Positions 12,169-26,514 of a stretch of 64,000 nt of DNA are shown piece by piece. Numbering within the stretch: the stretch's first letter is position 1; the number at the start of each line of letters is the position of its first letter. The notes below the pieces were generated by a model. The model was not told the DNA's origin, did not search any database, and saw nothing but the letters and a program-made list of their open reading frames with translations. The DNA is from Octopus bimaculoides (taxonomy: Eukaryota), in contig NC_068994.1 of the NCBI RefSeq assembly GCF_001194135.2, forward strand, positions 59,066,552-59,130,551, given 5' to 3'. The translations under genes and the position numbers were made by a program.

Positions 12169-13799
12169 GTTATGTACATGTGTGTGTGTGTGTGTGTGTG
12201 TGTTACTGGCCAGTTTCTTTCGTATTTCTTAGTCTTAATCCCACTTACTACAACAAATAACACTATTTGTTGTAACAAATTCGATGTGCATACACACACA
12301 CACACAGAGCCATTTATGGGTGGGGGCGATGGTGTGACACCCATGCCTTGTTCAAAACAGTAAAGATATAGCTAAAAGAATCCAAATTATTAGATGTGCA
12401 CATCATCCAATTCCTATTCCCTCCCTCTCTGTAACCACCTGGCTATCTACCTGGCTGTAGCTACCTATGTCCCTGTATCTTGGCGAATGTGTTTATATTA
12501 GTCTGTCACTTCAAACGGGTAACAGCAGGGCAAACCAACAACTCACTGACTGACCTTGCTTATAGTAACAGCAACAAACACCATATCAGAAGAATGCAGT
12601 TTGTCCTTGGGGAAGACAAAGCGAGGGGGGGGGAGGGAAGAAAGCTGAAGAGTCAGATCAGGGAGCTATAAATAACGAGGATCTGGCAAAGTGACAGCTC
12701 CCTCTTTATAAAAGCTGTCAGGTTTTGGAAGTCAAACTCAGCTGATACTTATTTAAGAGGTTTATAATAAAGATGATTTCTTTTTTTCTTTTTCTCAACC
12801 ATTCACTGATTTACTTGTAACTGTTTATTCACATCATAAACCTGAAGTCTATTGAATAATACGATTACACATACAGAGAAATATGTGATGGTTATTGTTG
12901 GTGGTTAGAGCCCCAGGTCAACACTAATACAGTGAACCTATGATCAAAACTTTACACTAGTAACCAAATGTCGACCCATCTTTATGCAAATAGGAGACAG
13001 AAAACTTCAATATCCAGTATTTTATTTTGAACAAGCAAGGTATGATGTGAGATTCTGCTTCCATTTTTGTAAGCAAAAATTCATCTGAAACAAAGGAAGT
13101 AAAAGCCATGAAAAATGGGAACATAGAGAACATCAATAGAGAAAAGTTGAAAGCAGTGTCACCCATGGGAAAATGCTAAGATTTTACACATGCATGTGCA
13201 CCCACCCACCCACACACATACAAACACACACACACCCTCAAACACATTATTTCCGACAACCAAATTTTACTTACAATGATTTTGTTGACCCAAGGTTACA
13301 GGTCAACAAAACAATTGTTTTTGAGAAAAACTTCCAGCTCAACACGGACAGAATGAAGGCCCAAAATATTTTCCAAAGAAATCTGAAACTGGTAGTTTCT
13401 GCTTCCATCCTGAATATTTTACTATTTTCTGAATTACTAATGCACCAATTTATAGACTGCTCTATATTGTTTTCAATTCTCAACCTACGATCACTTGATT
13501 CGTAGATAATATACCAAAAAGCCCTTGACTAGATTTGTGATATGTAAATATATAAAATCTGAACACTTTACACAGTTATAAAAATGAAACAGATCTAACA
13601 GCATGGATCAATACAACCTGAACTGCTGAACAGGAGAAATCCTGACAACCATCAAATGAGCTTAAAACATCAGAAAATTACTAAAGAAGATAACGAACCA
13701 CATTAAACAGATGAGAAGAAAGGCTTGCTTCCATGATTTTCTACAACAGGTTTACTGCTACTGACCATTGTGACAGGAGATCAAAAAAACTTCCAACAT

Positions 13800-14000
13800 G
13801 AAAGAAAGACCTTAGAGACTCCATGATGCCTGTGTATAAATAACTATGCTACATGGCAGTGAAACATGGGCTGTGATTGCAGGGGACATGCAACGGCTTG
13901 AAAGAAATGAAGGTGGCATGCTCTGCTGGATGTACAATGTCAGTGTGCGTGTATGACAAAGTGTAAATGTTTTAAGAGAAAAATTGGTTGTAGTGTTTGA
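13800..14000 (+). mobile_element. RTE-clade LINE remnant
   Basis: Translates to MLHGSETWAVIAGDMQRLERNEGGMLCWM...VLREKL (YGSETW motif). Confidence 0.8.
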
Positions 14001-14781
14001 GCAATCCACAGACATTTGGATTGTTAATGGTAATTCTTAGGCAGACTCAATGTGACATGGTGGCTTGGGTGGTTGATGACCTTGCTCAAGGAGATCATAA
14101 TTGAAAAGCAAACTTCTGAACCATTTCACCATGCTTCTGCCCATGATCACCACCACATAAAAAGTAACATTCACACACAACACTTAACACACAACCGACA
14201 ATAATTCACACACACGCACACACACATATTCACAAAGAAAGAAATAATATATTCCACGCACTTAACATAAACAATGGAAAATAACAAAAAGCTTAGATAT
14301 CATGTGTGTGTGTGTATGAATCATTTTTAATGCTGAAATTTGAAGGAGATAATAGCTGTTGGATGGTTGCCTTTAAATTTTATTTCATCAAAGGCTGGTG
14401 GTGGGATATCTCCAAAATATCTTCAAAAGAAGCCCATCAGGTTTGTCCCCCCACTGTTACTTCACAACCATTGTTGGTGTGTTCACATTGCCGCAACTTA
14501 GCAGTTCGGCATATGGAACTGATAGAATAAATACCAGACTTAAAAATATTAAAAAAAGAGGTAAAGGGGCTGATTTATTCAGCTAAAAATTCTTTAAGGC
14601 AGTGCCCCAGCATGGCCACAGTCCAATGACTGAAACAGGTAAAAGCTAAAAGATAAATGGTATGGAGAGAGAGAGAGAGGGGGAGAGAGAGAGAGAGAGA
14701 GAGATAGAGAGAGANNNNNNNNNNNNNNNNNNNNNNNNNNNNNNNNNNNNNNNNNNNNNNNNNNNNNNNNNNNNNNNNNNG

Positions 14782-14823
<42 letters not shown>

Positions 14824-15871
14824 AGGAGATTGATGGATGTGTGTGTGTGTGTGTGTGAATCAGTGAAGGCCATATTCTGAACGAAATGAAGTTGAAGATC
14901 ACAGCCATAGAGCTGTTGAACCAGTGACAGCCATAGAGTGAAGAACACGTCAGCACAGGCAGCAGGCTTGGAGGTGGAGGCGGTGGTGGTGGTAATTGTA
15001 ATGCTGGTGGTAATAATCAGAGTGGTGGTGGTGGTGGTAGGGGGGAAGTTGCATGGAGAGAAGAACAGGCAGAAGAGGAAAAGAATAGCCAGGAGAGAGA
15101 AGAGAGGGGGTACTCAGAATACAATAACTAGAAGAGGATCCAGACTTGAAGAATTTGCTGGGAAAAGACACCCTTCAAACCCATACTAGCATGGAAAGAG
15201 TGAATGAATGAATATCCATTGCATGCCATTCCAGGCCATGGAAACTGTAGGCAAACGACGACACGCATTACAATAGAAGCAAGCAAAACCGAGCTTATTG
15301 AGAGCAAGGTACCTTTTGCAAAGTCACCTGATGAGACACATCTGCACTGAAGGATGAGCCACCACCAGTTGTACAGCATTTCATTCACAAGAGGGACCGA
15401 TACAAGATGGGCGGAAACAATCTTTGTCATTAATAAAGAATCTTGTGAATGCCATTTTCTATTTCTCTCATTTGTCACGTGTGTGTGTGTGTGTGTGTGT
15501 GTGTATCAGGTATGTGCTCTCAGTAATTACTCAGGGTAGGCAGCTGGTGACCTTTATATAGTAAAACACACAGAAAATAAGCGAAACACAGGCGCGTGAC
15601 TGAGTTGAAGGCAGATTTACTTCTGCCTTGATAGCACACACAGAAAACGGTGTTGTAGGAGTGTATGCAGCATGTGTACTACAGCAGTTCAATGCATAGT
15701 TTAAATACTGAGATTGAAAAGCAGGGGCAAATTATACCTGCCTAATCTACAAAACAATAAAATATGTTGTATTTTATGCATAGTATTCAGATTAACCTTC
15801 ATAATTTTATTGAATTAGGTGCATATCTTGCCATAAAAAGAAAATGTTGCTATTAATCTATTTTATTCAAG

Positions 15872-16045
15872 GATCATTGTTTAACGTCCATTTTCAATGC
15901 TGGCATGGGTTGGATGGTTTCACAGGAGCAGGCCAAACCAGGGAGCTGTGCAGATTCCAAACGGTCTGTTTTGGCATGGTTTCTACAGCTGGATGCCCAT
16001 CCTAATGCCAACCACTTTACAGAGTGTGTTGGGTGCTTTTCATGT
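15872..16045 (-). mobile_element. SINE family A
   Basis: Reverse complement of family A core and tail. Confidence 0.85.
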
Positions 16046-16478
16046 ATGCGTGCATTTATGCAGCACTGGCAAAGGACAAACTCGTGTGTAGGGATGATGA
16101 TTTACTTGGCTTAAACAGGAATTTGGAAAGTTTCTTTGGTATTATTTATTCATCATTCTACATGTTTCATTTGTTTATAGGCATTACAAAGTTGTAGATG
16201 TTGGTTAAACATGTCAGATATTAGAAATTCTTCAGACAGAGAATAAAATAATACAAAATTTGCATTTGGCTGAAGCATTTTTATATAGTTAGTTATTAAT
16301 CAGGTGGAATATAGGGAGTTGAGAAAGAGAATAAAAAAACAAATCTAGTTGTATAGAAAGGAGAGAGACAGAGATTGGGGTAGTAAGCATGTATATGCAT
16401 ATGCACATATATCAATGTACATACATACACCTCATACACACACACAGACATACCCAAACACATACATATGCACACACA

Positions 16479-16523
<45 letters not shown>

Positions 16524-17805
16524 CATACACACACATACAGACAGACAGACAGTTATATTCCCATTTACATACATATGCAATCAAACACGCACACATTATC
16601 ACATGCTTAGATAGACACAAAATTTTAGATGCAGATTATGATAATGCTACATATAGTTTTAAACATACATATGTACATATATAAAGACAATCTATCTATC
16701 CATCTATGTGGGTGNNNNNNNNNNNNNNNNNNNNNNNNNNNNNNNNNNNNNNNNNNNNNNNNNNNNNNNNNNNNNNNNNNNNGCGTGTGTGTGTGTGTGT
16801 GTGTTTATGTAAAAAAATAAAAGAATTTTGGAGATGCACTTGCATAGCAAGTGACCTGATCTGAGATCGTGTGCTGGAACGAAAACAATTGCAGCGTGGA
16901 AGGTGTTTATAAGCCATTTAAAATAACACACAAAATCCGTTAGATTCACTTCAACATTTAAATTTAATTTGTCTTTATTGGGGTAAAACAGACAGATACA
17001 TAGGATTCAACATGAATGCTGTTCTACACTTTATATAAACTGGTTTCTTCTCACATAATTTAAACAAAAACAGTAGTTATACATCTGTACAGACAGACAT
17101 TCATACACATACATATACATACACATATACACATGCGGTTCAACAAGCTTAACAAGTAGTAGACCACTCACTCAAGTGAGTGAAGATATTAATAAAAACC
17201 ACACAACACCATGTGAAATTCCTCGGCCCAGAGTTTCCTGGCTGGAATATTAAATTTCTTTCATCATTTCTCAAGCTGATAATGTCAACATGGTGGGTTA
17301 ACAACTACATATGAGTTAAGTGAGGATTCAATGAGAATACCTGGTGGTGGTGGTGGTGGGGTGGGGGGGAGACAGATTGATTAAAGGGAGATAATTCACT
17401 GAACAGCAAACCAAGCCAAGCTCTTATGATGGTAAGAATTTTGTAAGCCATTGAGAAGCTCAAAAGAAAAACAGTGAGAAGATAGAAGTCGAGATATAGA
17501 AGGGTTATCAGTGTTTAGATGTTTGTGCATTCAGACGGTGTATAAACAGTTAGGTGAGGTCAATGGACATATCGCTACATACATGATGGTATGGGGGGAA
17601 TGTATTTACTGATTAGAGATCAAAAGAATCACAGCCAATTAATGGGTTAAACCTTGTGTGGACATGATGAGAAAATTTCGCTCTTAGGGTTTATACAGTC
17701 CCTGGAGGTTCACAGATTCTTCAAAAGATAAAGTTTTTCAAGTGATATCCTGTATGCTCACTTGACAAACTTAATCTTTTGAAGAACCTGTTTCCAGGGA
17801 AGCTT

Positions 17806-17965
17806 GTACGCAGGCATGTGTAGTTAGGAGGTTTGCTTCCCAACTAAATGATTTCATGTTCAGTCTCACTGTGTGGCACTTTGGACAAGTGTCTTCTGCT
17901 AGAGCCCCAGGCTGACAAAAACCTTGTGAGTGGATTTGACAGACAGAAGCTGAAAGAAGCCTGAT
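17806..17965 (+). mobile_element. SINE family B, head and core
   Basis: ggcactttggacaagtgtctt...tgtgagtggatttg. Confidence 0.8.
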
Positions 17966-17970
17966 GCATA

Positions 17971-17994
<24 letters not shown>

Positions 17995-18001
<7 letters not shown>

Positions 18002-18910
18002 ATGGCATTCATCAACCTGGAGAAGGCTTTCAACAGAGTACCCCTGGAGGAATCTAAGGGAAGTTAGGAGTAGTGGAAAGGCTTGTTGGAGGCATACAAG
18101 CCATGTACAAGAGTGGTGTCAGTAGTGTGAGTTAGCAGCCATCAGGAGAACAATGAATTTGGTGTACAAATAGGAGTGCACCAGGGCTCAGTATTGAATC
18201 CCTTCCTATTTATCACAATCCTTCAGGCCATTAAAAGAATTTGGGACTGGCCACCCTTGGGAACTACTACATGCTGATGACCTTGCTCTTATAGCAAAAT
18301 CTGTAGCAGAATTAGAAAAGAAATTACAGGTGTGGAGGCAAAATCTGGAGTGAAAGGACCTTAAAGTTAACCTAGTAAAAACTGAAGTTGTGAGCAAGAA
18401 ATGGATAAAACTCTTTTCACTAGGTAAGTGGCCCTACTTAGTAGGTAGAAAAAGTATTGGAAGGAATTCCATATGGGGTACCCAGTGCCAGCCATGGACT
18501 CATATGAGGTGCAGTGAAGTCATAGGAAGGTTAACAGAGAAAATAGTCTTTGTATGTAGTAGATGCACAGGAGTGACCAATACTAAGGACACACAGGAAT
18601 TAAGACTCTCTCAAATGCCCAGGAGGTTCCCTAGAGTTAGTAGACAGTTTCTGTTACCTAGGCAACCTAATCAGGAGTGGAGGAGAAAGTCTGAAAGCAT
18701 AGTTGAAACGAAAGGCTTCTCTTCAGAAAGAAAAACAGATTGTATGCTGCTTGTGTGTGAATGGTTGTACTCCTTGGTCGTGAGAGATGGGTTTTGAATG
18801 CAGATAACAAGAGAGGAATGAAGCTCATATGCTCCAATGGATATGCAACATCAGTGAACCTGTACAACAACATGCAAATGTGTTGCATACACTCAAGAGG
18901 CATTAAAAGC
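17995..18910 (+). mobile_element. RTE-clade LINE reverse transcriptase remnant, frameshifted
   Basis: GVHQGSVLNPFLF...WELLHADDLALIA...LKVNLVKTEV with stops and frameshifts. Confidence 0.88.
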
Positions 18911-19984
18911 ATCATATTAGATTGAGGAAAAGAACATAGTCCAAGTATTTAACAGATTAACTTCTTAAGTACTTGATTTAATTTTCTCTCTATTGTCACA
19001 TATTGTTCTCACTTTGGCAATTAGCAGATATTTTCTCCCGGAAGCCTTTTTAAAACACCAAGATTAATATTTACATAACCCCTTTAAGGCTCCTTTTCAC
19101 ACTGCTGCCTTTTAGCCCTGCTTGATTACTTGTTTCCAGACATCTTGAATCAGAGGTAAATTCAACAGCAGTGGCAATCAACACAACAAATATGGAGTAG
19201 AATCAAATAACAGCAGGAAAGAACTGTTTTCTGACAGCAAAAGATTGTTACCTTGTCCTTGTAGTTGTAAGAATGGATACAAGAGGATGTAAGCCTGAAG
19301 GGGTGGAGAAGTACAATATGATTACAGCTATTGAAGTGTAATCAGGTTCATAAGATCTACACCCTTTGCATCTCTGACTTGAGCCATAAAATTTTCACAC
19401 TCTTCTCTCTCTCACACACACACTGTTGTACTGACATAAAAGCTATGTAGCTACAGACAATACTACCATGCTAAAACCATTCACAAATGTTGGTGAGGTT
19501 GGTAATTGTAGTGTTGTTGATTGTATTGGTTTTCATGTAAGTGACAGTGAAGATCATATTACTTTTGTTCATTGTATTGTTGTTGCTGTTTGGTGTCAGG
19601 TTAATCCTTACTAACCCAAGATCAAAGACATTTCATGCAACTTTTAAAATACAATAGGAAACTACATTATCTTGTGTTTCTGGGTTTTTTTATATTTTAC
19701 ACAGAGTTGTTTATCTTGTTTGAAATATTGTTGCCAGTCATGAAGAAGTTAGCAGGTTGGTATTGATGATAGGCAGTGGTAGTGATAGGGAAGGTCAATA
19801 AGTTGATATTCATTGAGACTCAAGAGACTACACACACACACACACTATGATTATAGTTTTACAATTTGTTAAAATTTATCCAATTTTCCATAAGGGCAAA
19901 ATTACAGAATGTATCCTGAAATTACAATACCTGTAAGTGCAATATCCCATAAGTTGAGGTAGCAATAATGCATACATAAATACT

Positions 19985-20620
19985 TACAGGCTTTCATTGA
20001 TTTAGAGACAGTTTTTGATGGATGCCATGCTCAGTAAAGAAACTAGGTTTGGATGAATGGCTTGTGAGAGCTGTACAAGCTACATACAAGGATGTAGTGA
20101 TTGAAGAGAGATTCAGCAATGATTTCAGTGAGGAATTCAATATTAAGGTAAGAGTCCGTTAAGGTTCAGCCCTCAGTTGCCTCTAGGGAGTTACTACCAC
20201 AGCTGACGACAAAGGTCTTTTCTTTTAGAACGAAGGACAGATTGTATGATGCTTGTATTAGAACTGCAATGCTGCATGGTGTTAAGATATAGACTTTGAA
20301 TGCAGAAGACTTGAGAAGACTGGAAAGAAATGAAGCAAACAAGCGCTGTTGGATGCACAATACAGGTGTGCATGAATGGTGTATTATAAATGTGCTGAGA
20401 GAAAAACTGGGCAGAAGAGGAATCAGATGTTGTGAGCAAGGAAGAAGGCTGTGCTGGTGTGGGTGTTTGACGTGCATGGATAAGGATAGCTGTATAATGA
20501 AGATCCAATCACTAAAAGTAAATGGAACTTGAAAAAGTGGGAGACCCAGGAAGACAAGGGATGAGATGGTCAAGACTAATCTCAGGATGACAAAGGGTCA
20601 GGATGACTGACAATATGAGG
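19985..20620 (+). mobile_element. RTE-clade LINE 3' remnant
   Basis: DLRRLERNEA...VLREKLGRRGIRC...GRPRKT; similar to 13800 and 28375 remnants. Confidence 0.8.
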
Positions 20621-20827
20621 TTCTTGAGAAAACTCATCCACATCAGCAAAACTGAGCTTCTGTAGAGCTAAGAGAGGGAGGGGGAGAGAGGTGATGGAGG
20701 GAGGGGGAGGGAGAGAGAGAGTATGTGTGTGCGCGCGCGTGCACTTACAACTAGGCCCTCCACCCAATTCCCTTCCTTCTTAAGACACACCACCCATCAC
20801 CTCCCCAACTGCAGTTCCTCCTCCTAT

Positions 20828-21182
20828 CTTTTGCTTGTTTCAGTCATTGGACAGTGGCCATGCTGGGGCACTGTCTTCAAAAATTTTAATCAAACAAATT
20901 GACCTCAATACTTATTCTACTAGTCTCTTTTACCAAGCTGCTAAGCTAGAGAGATGTAAACACACCAACTGGTTGTCAAGTGGTGGTGAGGAACAAACAC
21001 AAGAACACACATGTATGTCTATCTACATACAATGGGCTTCTTTCAGTTTCCATCGATCATATCCACCCAGAGAGCTTTGGTTGGCCCCAAGGCTATGGTA
21101 GGAAACACTTGTCCAAAGTGCCACGCAATGAGACTGAACCCAGAACCATGTGGTTGGGCAGCAAACTTCTTGGCCACTTTTC
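20828..21182 (-). mobile_element. SINE family B
   Basis: Near full-length reverse-complement copy. Confidence 0.85.
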
Positions 21183-21779
21183 TTATGACCCAAAACCACT
21201 TCTGATCCCCACCCATACTTTCATTAAGCACCCACCCACCGTCCTACCNNNNNNNNNNNNNNNNNNNNNNNNNNNNNNNNNNNNNNNNNNNNNNNNNNNN
21301 NNNNNNNNNNNNNNNNNNNNNNNNNNNNNNNNNNNNNNNNNNNNNNNNNNNNNNNNNNNNNNNNNNNNNNNNNNNNNNNNNNNNNTATTAGACAACCGCC
21401 ACCCCACCCACTCACTTCTGGCACCTCTGCTTTTCTTATCCCTTCAACGTTCACCCTGACATCTCATCACCGATTTCTAGTTTCCACACCATCTTTTCTT
21501 CTAACATGTGAGTAGTCATGTAGCTTTTATTCAGCAAGAAACCTGTTCTGCGTTGGCCCCTTTTTCTCTCATACTCCCCCCACTCTCAACTCTTTATGCT
21601 CCTGATATAAAGTCCCCACCTCTACTTGAGGTTTTGTAGCCTTGCAAGCTGTATGATGACCTTACTACCTCACTAGTGTTGGCGGCACGAGAAAAACCAC
21701 TTATATAACACACTGTAGATGGGTTGGCATTCGGAAGGGTTGGTATCCGGCCTTAGAAATCATGCCACACATACTGGAG

Positions 21780-22326
21780 CACGATGCACATACGCGCGCG
21801 CGCACACACACACATCTACAAGAAGCCATATGTTCGATTCAGAACGAAATTGCCCATTTTCATTGTTGTAGATGTTCCAGAGATTAAGTGTTACTATTTA
21901 AACTCGCCGACCAATCACATGTTTACACACAGGCGTCTGGCTGGCCAACCTGTCATGAACCTTTTCAAGAACGATATTTAACAAGTTCCTACTGGTGTAC
22001 ACGCCATAAACTATAGATTAAGTGAGTAGCATCTCACGGCCTTGTTTCTTCCTAAATTTCGAAAAACATACTTTCAATATAATTTTAGAGAGATACGTTT
22101 CTGATAGTGTACGTTACTGTTCTGTTGATAGCATTAAAAAAATTTGGGTGTGGAGTTTCAAATCCTTCCCATTCCGATATTGTGTCAGAAAAATGTTTTG
22201 TTTTGTTTTTTTAAACATTTCATTATTTAAGCGTATATATTGGGTAAGACTAACGTTTCAAACATAGGAATCTAAGAAAGAAAGGGGGAAAATTTTATGG
22301 AAATCGGTGATGGCAAACCCATGGGT

Positions 22327-22398
<72 letters not shown>

Positions 22399-22790
22399 GA
22401 GAGAGAGGAAATGATCGGTAATTCTTCACCTCACAAAAAATTATGTAAATCTTATCAATGTAATCGTAAGGTGGACAGCCTTAGTAAACGTATGTGTGGA
22501 AGAAACGGGAATGGGCTGAAAACATTTATACGCTTAGCATACGGCGATGAATAACGGTGTTTTTCAATAAGTATCGGTATCTTGTTACGGACTGGTAGAG
22601 TTTCGGGTTGGTGAGTATGCGTGGGTGGGTGTGTGCACGCATAAATAGATATAGCTGGCTATTAATATATTATAAGGAGTCTAGTTCATACGCAAGACAC
22701 ACACATACACACAAACATACATCGCCATACATACATTATACACACACACAGACGTGTGTTTGTGTGTGTGTGTGTGTGTGAGATAGAGAT

Positions 22791-22849
<59 letters not shown>

Positions 22850-23079
22850 TGTCAGTATAATAGCTGGTATGTGTCACCGTGAGAATGTGGTAGCGGTGAA
22901 CGGACAACAGGACAAGACAAAATTAGATCTACACGTGTACAACAGAGACAGGCTACAAAGAAGCATCTGCATGACCAGCACCAATCAGCCTCCATATGGT
23001 CATTCGAATTGCTAGAAATAGCAATAAAATTTTTCTCAGATTAATTTCGCCGTAATAGAAATATGCACATTAGCTATAG
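21780..23079. promoter_or_regulatory. CpG-retaining island inside LMAN1 intron 1
   Basis: About a dozen CpGs in 22441-22680 versus CpG-poor neighbours; (GA)n and (CA)n flanks; + strand donor GTTG|GTGAGT at 22611. Confidence 0.4.
22330..22407. repeat. (GA)n microsatellite; one of dozens of (CA)n, (GA)n, (TA)n, (CAT)n and (CAC)n tracts
   Basis: Direct reading. Confidence 0.98.
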
Positions 23080-23930
23080 NNNNNNNNNNNNNNNNNNNNN
23101 NNNNNNNNNNNNNNNNNNNNNNNNNNNNNNNNNNNNNNNNNNNNNNNNNNNNNNNNNNNNNNNNNNNNNNNNNNNNNNNNNNNNNNNNNNNNNNNNNNNN
23201 NNNNNNNNNNNNNNNNNNNNNNNNNNNNNNNNNNNNNNNNNNNNNNNNNNNNNNNNNNNNNNNNNNNNNNNNNNNNNNNNNNNNNNNNNNNNNNNNNNNN
23301 NNNNNNNNNNNNNNNNNNNNNNNNNNNNNNNNNNNNNNNNNNNNNNNNNNNNNNNNNNNNNNNNNNNNNNNNNNNNNNNNNNNNNNNNNNNNNNNNNNNN
23401 NNNNNNNNNNNNNNNNNNNNNNNNNNNNNNNNNNNNNNNNNNNNNNNNNNNNNNNNNNNNNNNNNNNNNNNNNNNNNNNNNNNNNNNNNNNNNNNNNNNN
23501 NNNNNNNNNNNNNNNNNNNNNNNNNNNNNNNNNNNNNNNNNNNNNNNNNNNNNNNNNNNNNNNNNNNNNNNNNNNNNNNNNNNNNNNNNNNNNNNNNNNN
23601 NNNNNNNNNNNNNNNNNNNNNNNNNNNNNNNNNNNNNNNNNNNNNNNNNNNNNNNNNNNNNNNNNNNNNNNNNNNNNNNNNNNNNNNNNNNNNNNNNNNN
23701 NNNNNNNNNNNNNNNNNNNNNNNNNNNNNNNNNNNNNNNNNNNNNNNNNNNNNNNNNNNNNNNNNNNNNNNNNNNNNNNNNNNNNNNNNNNNNNNNNNNN
23801 NNNNNNNNNNNNNNNNNNNNNNNNNNNNNNNNNNNNNNNNNNNNNNNNNNNNNNNNNNNNNNNNNNNNNNNNNNNNNNNNNNNNNNNNNNNNNNNNNNNN
23901 NNNNNNNNNNNNNNNNNNNNNNNNNNNNNN
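23080..23930. other. Largest assembly gap (others at about 30756-30935, 38624-38753, 44118-44378, 51993-52557)
   Basis: N runs, mostly bordered by microsatellites. Confidence 0.99.
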
Positions 23931-23977
<47 letters not shown>

Positions 23978-24779
23978 ATAGTAGATTTATATGTATATAT
24001 ATATAAAATAGTACTTTATAAGTAATCTACCCAATGAAGTGACGGCACACAGCTGTTGCTGGATCGTATGTAATTATAGAATAATTTTATTTAAGAATGA
24101 AACCTTGGCAACTTACAGCTGTTGTCATTGCACACAAACAAATGTTGTAATTTATAATTAAAACCTGTTTATTCCATCATCTTCTTGTCTAAATTTTTAT
24201 ATAAATTCTATGCACTAATGGAGTGTCATATGTTTATCCAGCTCAAGAACATCCCTGCTGTATGATGGCATATGGTAGCCAATAACAGTATAGGAGCTTT
24301 GAAGTGCACATTGAGGTTATTACCCAGATAATATTGTGTGTGTGTGTAAAACAAATATAGGTACATCAAATACCATACAGCATAAATTCATGGTTTATTA
24401 AAAGTGTCTCTGCTTCTAGGGAATGTCATAATTACCAAATGGCAGGTATATGAGCGTATACGTATACAATTATGTGCTTTTCCTACAGCATTAGAGCATT
24501 TTAGCTCTTATTTCTAGCAATGTAGGAATCCTGACAATTATATTTTTCCTTTATGGTAACACATTGCACATGGCTGTTTATACTAATTTTGATACCAGAA
24601 AAATGCAGTGTCTACAGAGACATGGATTTACCGATGAGAAGATAGACTGAGGTTGGTAAATCAAACTAACTGGAGTTTTCTATACACTCACAGAGGTTGG
24701 CCGGCATTAATAACCAGTAAAAGCGACTACAGTATCCACTTGGATTCTATATATCCTTACCAACCATAATCTGGAAACA

Positions 24780-25030
24780 CACCCACACACACCTGTCAAG
24801 CCATGCCAGCATGGAAAGTGAATGTTCAATGATGATGATCCATTCACTTTCCATGCTGGCATGGGTTGGATGGCTTGACAGGAGCTGGCCAGGCCAGAGA
24901 ACTCCACCAAGCTCCTTTGGTATGGTTTGGTACAACAGGATGCTCTTCATAAGTGCAAACCACTTTAGAGAGTGTGCTGTATGTCCTTTATGCAGCGCCA
25001 GCACCAGTGAGGTCACCAAGTACCTTGCAA
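24780..25030. mobile_element. Two family A SINEs tail to tail
   Basis: 24-bp perfect inverted repeat around one (GAT)n tail. Confidence 0.85.
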
Positions 25031-26514
25031 GTGAAGAGCCACTTCAAGGAGTGGGGATTAGTGTTGCAAGACATGGATTTGTGCCAGGTGACGAGCAGCA
25101 GGTGTTGTAGTAGAGGAGGTACAGAGCTACGAGAGGAAGGGAAGGAGAGAGAAGATGGTGAAGATGTATTGGGGAATACTTTCAAGTTAGAGGGTGTGAA
25201 GGGGTAGAGAGGATTGGACAGGGTGAGTGGGAGATGGAGGAGAGGTGAATGCAGTTTTGTGGACACATGGAGGGAGGGGGGTACCGTTTTAACATCTACT
25301 TATCCATTCTGGCCTTGGTCCAATGAATATATACCGTGGAAGGATTATTCCTGCCACCAATCCCACCTGTAGGCAAGGAATGTAATAATCACTCAGCCAA
25401 TTAAATCAACCAGGAAATGAACAACTTTTCATAAGGGTTTGCAAGCAAACAACTTTGCCAAGAAGTCATTGATTATTACAAATCAGTGAACAAGAGGGAA
25501 ATACACAAAACACACAAGAAGATATACAAAAACGATTACAATACAAGAAGAAATCATGCTAGAATTAACCTCGCCTGTGCTAGTGCCACTTGAAAAGCAC
25601 TGAGTCCACTCTTCAGAGTGGTTGGTGTTAGGAAGGGCATCCAGGTGTAAAATCCCAGCCAAAACAGACTCAGTAGCCTAGGGTAGTTTTTCTACCTGGC
25701 CGGCTCCTGTCAACTGTCCTACCCATGCATGGGTAGGATAGTTGACATCAATGATGGTGATGATGAAGAAGGAATGAACAGGCTTTAATCCAAATCACAA
25801 CAATTGTTTCTGTGCAACAGCTGTTAGTTGCTGAATGTTTCACATTCATACATATTATTTTATAAATATAATCCAGGAATAGCTATGTACTTGCACATCA
25901 CCTGGCGAGTGATATACCATATAGCAATCAGAATAAAAAGTAAAGATAAGGTTGTTACATAACTTTGTTTGAGATTCCAATTGTGTCAGATGACTAGAGG
26001 ATCTGTCCCCACGAAACAGCCCTCAACCATTCTTCCTACACCCTAAAGTTATCATGATAAATTTTGAGAGTTTTCAACAAACATATACACTGTCGGAGGT
26101 GCTGTTGTTACTTAGTATAGGAGTTACAAACAACAAGAATTTTCCATCCAAATGATTCAGTAAATGGAGATTGTAGATGAAAGACATATCAATGTGATTT
26201 AGTTAAATTTGCCAAAACCACAGCCGCTGATAGATCCAGGTGTCATCAAGTTTAAAAGCAAGCTAGGACAGTGAAAAGAGAGAAATGAGAATTGCTACAA
26301 TATCCCCACTATTCTAATCATTGGAAAGGAAGAAAGCATATAAGTTAAAACAGAGGAAATTTGAAAGTAACTAAATAAAGAGCAGAGTGTGGGGGGGGGG
26401 GAGATTTCTACTGGGCATATGATAAATGCATATAGAAATTATGAATTAAATACCCACCTCTATAATCCATTCAAGAAATATTAGGTTTACTACATTTAAA
26501 TTAAATTAAATAGC

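Noticed and set aside
23063-24025. Long ORFs spanning N runs (also 30569-31258, 43932-44447, 51864-52640)
   Set aside because: Open only because of gap characters and (TA)n repeats.
25280-25367. Minus-strand acceptor (ttccttgcctacag) in LMAN1 intron 1
   Set aside because: Available donors do not preserve the LMAN1 frame and the peptide is unrecognised; treated as cryptic.
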